A DNA stretch of 63,933 nucleotides, counting the filler, from Lenisia limosa (taxonomy: Eukaryota > Protista > Breviatea), in assembly GCA_001655205.1 (NCBI GenBank). It is 13 parts of 13 records of this genome, joined end to end, with 100 filler letters (N's around TTAATTAATTAA, not from the genome) between each part and the next. Parts side by side here need not be neighbours in the genome. Positions count along the whole stretch, not along the records: positions 50,753 to 61,460 come from LPNZ01003362.1; positions 61,561 to 62,675 come from LPNZ01005880.1; positions 62,776 to 63,933 come from LPNZ01004897.1; 10 more parts are not named here. One strand, given 5' to 3'. Positions 60,801-63,933 of this stretch are shown here, piece by piece. Below the pieces are notes generated by a model, which saw only the letters and a program-made list of their open reading frames with translations, ran no database searches and had not been told where the DNA came from. Position numbers and translations under genes: made by a program. The number at the start of each line of letters is the position of its first letter. Position 1 is the first letter of the stretch.

Positions 60801-61420
60801 GTACGGGGGTATGTGTGAGTGAGTAAGGGGGTTATACTGTACATGTTTTACGTGGTTGAATAATAAAATGTAATGTAATTAATGTAACTTTAATATCAAT
60901 ATTTATCAAGGGTTTATCGTCTTTTGTTGGACCGTAGGGAAGTCCTAAGTGTCATTTTACAGGTTATTACATGTATTTGTTGAATACCTATAACATTATA
61001 AGCATGATGGTGTGGACGACTTCGGCCGGATACAACCTTGTGTGTTTTTTTTGTTTTTTTATTTCTCATTGCTACCTGACGATTTAGGCCCAGGAACGCT
61101 TTATCAAACTCACGAGGTCACTTAAGTCCTTCGGCTCTACTTTCTTCAATCTTGTCGTGGGGGGGGGGGGGNNNNNNNNNNNNNNNNNNNNNNNNNNNNN
61201 NNNNNNNNNNNNNNNNNNNNNNNNNNNNNNNNNNNNNNNNNNNNNNNNNNNNNNNNNNNNNNNNNNNNNNNNNNNNNNNNNNNNNNNNNNNNNNNNNNNN
61301 NNNNNNNNNNNNNNNCTATGTCTCTACCTTCGATGCCGACAGAGTCATGGTCGACACCTTTGCACTGGACTCGTTGAGGAAGTGGTCGTCTTCGCCCAAG
61401 GGTGTCTCGTTTGACTTTGG
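57836..61420 (+). CDS. Talin-head-type FERM domain protein (F0-F1-F2-F3), 3'-truncated
   Basis: F1 ESVKTIAVNMAWTVPELVEEVCKKY; F2 DLILSGTHPLMKNEVIQFAGLLAQSLYG and AQERFIKLTRSLKSFGSTFF; F3 DTFALDSLRKWSSSPKGVSFDFG, matching talin (DILNGSHPV, YVKLARSLKTYGVSFF, IKRWAASPKSFTLDFG). Confidence 0.85.
58571..58755 (+). repeat. Repeat family B forming the 3' end of a FERM-gene intron
   Basis: GGATGCGGTGCTGCAGAAGCAACTGGCCTGGGC...TTCATAAATTTACCACTTTTACTCCTTCCCCTTAG|exon. Confidence 0.8.
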
Positions 61421-62775
61421 TATGAGTTATCTTTTTTTTATGATTGTTTTTTTTTTTTTTNNNNNNNNNNNNNNNNNNNNNNNNNNNNNNNNNNNNNNNN
61501 NNNNTTAATTAATTAANNNNNNNNNNNNNNNNNNNNNNNNNNNNNNNNNNNNNNNNNNNNAAAGAAAAAAGAAAGAACGATAAAGAAAAAAGGAAAATCC
61601 AAACTTCTGCACCCCCCCCCACCTTGTCACTCCTGACACGAGCCACCGCTTTATCCGCTTCAGCAGAGAAGAACACCTTTGCAGCCAAAACCAGAGCTTG
61701 ACCGGTCCTGCGGGGTGAGTAAGGAGATAGTAATACTGTTTTAAATGAAGAAGATTGAAAGAGAGGGGTCAACTCAGTTGGATTAATATTTGAGAAACAC
61801 ACAAGGGTTGAACAACCGCAATACTGCTGTATGAGGGAGGGAGGGTCAGGGGGGTAACAATGGAATGTATGAAATAGAAAAACCATTTGGAATGAAAACT
61901 CAGTTCAGGAATCCAGACAGACGATGTTCAAGTATTTTTCTTGACCTCTTTTCTCAAAGACCATCAAGGACTTATGAAGTGTCATATAACGTATCTCCAT
62001 TAAACACATGTACTCTATTGGGTTTACTCCTTTGGATTCTCTCTAGTTCATATTGGAGTCACTTGTGACTATCTAAAGAAGTACTGCATCTACCGTGTAT
62101 CGGAGAGAAGGTTTCTTAAAAATCAGCTCTGTGGTGCCCTCTCTCTAGGCAAAATGGTTTGTTTTTTTGTTGGTACAAAAAAAAAATAATCGCAAAGTGC
62201 AACAGGCATACCAATTCATTATGTAATTTCAAGTATACAAACATAGAATCACTCCGCACCCCCAGAATCATAATCACCAATAATCACCCCCACCGGGCCC
62301 CCGCAATGCCGCTAAATGATGGCGTGAGCGCCGCGTCTTTGCACGCCACTTTCAGGGATATCTGTGCAATTAGAATTGACAACTATAATTTTGTTTTTTA
62401 CAGGAGATTTTTTATTAAAGATTAGAATTGATCAATATACACGGGTTAATCAGAGCTGGGGTGTCTGAATCGAAAAAAGACTGAATTTATCGATAAATCC
62501 TCGAAAACTATTGATATTTTACCGGTCTTTTTCGGATAAAAGTGAAGCCCTAACCTTTACAGCTCGATGCACAAGATCGATCAACTGAGGGAGCCACTGA
62601 AGGACGGGCACGTCCGTAGGCAGTTTGCGGGGGAGGTTCAGGACCTCACTGTTTGGAGCCACCACTGCGATGATGNNNNNNNNNNNNNNNNNNNNNNNNN
62701 NNNNNNNNNNNNNNNNNNNTTAATTAATTAANNNNNNNNNNNNNNNNNNNNNNNNNNNNNNNNNNNNNNNNNNNN

Positions 62776-62930
62776 GGGGGGGGGGGGGGGAGAGGGGAGG
62801 TAAGACAATTTATGAAACAACAAAAAAAAAACTTAGATCAACTCTGTTGGCTTACAACACACGAGGGTTGAAAACAGCAAAACAAACAAAGCCCAGCAGT
62901 TGCTTCCGCAGCTCCGCATCCCATCACTCG
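62776..62930 (-). repeat. Near-full-length repeat family B copy
   Basis: G-run...TTTATGAAAC...TCAACTCTGTTGGCTTACAACACACGAGGGTTG...GCCCAGCAGTTGCTTCCGCAGCTCCGCATCCCATCACT. Confidence 0.85.
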
Positions 62931-63682
62931 GTAAGCTACTAACTACGGAGAGTACAAAGACCAAATAGCTCAGTTCCAGGGAAGCCCACCTTGTCCCACC
63001 CATGGGTGTTGAGAATATCGACATCGTGGCTCTTGCTCTCTTCCTCCTATAGTGTGAGGGGGGGGGGGAGGTGTGCTATTTTTGAATTATCGGAGGGGTA
63101 GAGTAAACACAGGAAGTAAAGATGATGAGAATGGGGCAAAAAGAGAAAAGAGAAAGAGTACCTGTATCATCACCACCTGTAGAATCATCATGTCAATCAG
63201 ACCTCTGAGAATGCATGGTCAGAAGTCCCTGTCATTGCTTCGAGGACTTTGCTTGCAATGCTATGATACTTCTCTCCCTCTTTGCATTCCCCTTCTTCTT
63301 TTGATGAGTATTAGCTGGAAGGAGCTGGAAGGTAGAGTCAGCGAGTTAGCCCAAGAAAGCAGAAAGCTGGTTACTGGATATACTGCTTGTGGAGTATGTT
63401 CCGTCTTGTTTTTCTCTTCCTTCTCAGTTCTGGCAACGAGTGTGATTGTTTTATCGTTTTAGAAGATATTGATTGAGGACACTAATGAGAATGGAAAAGG
63501 GAAAAGAAAAACAAAATATTTTTTTTATTTAACGTGACCGGGTCGCGGTTCTCCAACCGAACAATCAATTGACAATCAATACAGTTCAACAACTCAGCTA
63601 CAAATCAGCTACTCACTACCACCTCACTACTCACCAGTTCATCTAAAGGAGGCAAAGGGAGGAGTATGGTATATCTTGTGAA

Positions 63683-63760
63683 AAATAAGACTCCATTCTT
63701 GCCCTATAAGAAACCAGGACAATAAGACTCCTCTCTTGCCCTATAAGAAACCAGGACAAA
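63683..63760. repeat. ~39-bp tandem duplication
   Basis: AATAAGACTCC(A/T)(T/C)TCTTGCCCTATAAGAAACCAGGAC x2. Confidence 0.85.
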
Positions 63761-63933
63761 TACATAAATATGTCAAAAAATTTGACAGAAACATTAGGTG
63801 CAAGTCTTTTCCTTGATCACCTTCAGCCTCTCCAGAACAGTCTAAAAGGTTAACGTGTCAAGAAAGTGTTATTAATACTAAAATGATTATAAAAAAAATA
63901 TATATATTTTTAAACAGGATAAAATAGTTCATA

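Noticed and set aside
1-63933. tRNA, rRNA or snRNA genes
   Set aside because: No cloverleaf or conserved rRNA/snRNA sequence recognised by eye; tRNAscan-SE/Infernal would be needed to exclude them

Overview
Eukaryotic, intron-rich draft genome DNA. The gene set (talin-type FERM head, GCC2/GCC3 Cys-rich surface protein, FG-GAP protein) fits an amoeboid protist, but that is inference. The window is not one locus: 12 artificial 100-nt spacers (N44-TTAATTAATTAA-N44) join 13 unrelated scaffolds, and many internal N gaps sit next to G/C homopolymers. Recognisable partial spliced genes: PPP4C, a USP7/UBP12-type MATH-USP, Mog1, an OCA2/P-protein-like transporter, a Siw14/OCA-type (pseudo)phosphatase, an FG-GAP protein, a FYVE protein with a very long E/K/R exon, a talin-head FERM protein, an RRM-RGG protein, an ankyrin protein and a UBX-like protein. 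Mobile DNA is dense: a complete DD35D pogo transposon carrying an OTU-like protease ORF, a decayed Penelope-like element with GIY-YIG upstream of RT, about 30 hAT-like MITEs and several other MITE/repeat families. One AT-rich intronless scaffold encodes a virus-like C1q/TNF-fold fibre protein. The most unusual signal is intron architecture. Many introns open with GT plus a G-run and close with a C-run plus AG. A ~140-nt repeat (family B) follows host-gene strand, supplies the 3' splice region, and in some cases makes up nearly the whole intron, which is introner-like. No rRNA, tRNA or CRISPR array was recognised. All calls are by eye, exon boundaries are approximate and no database search was run.
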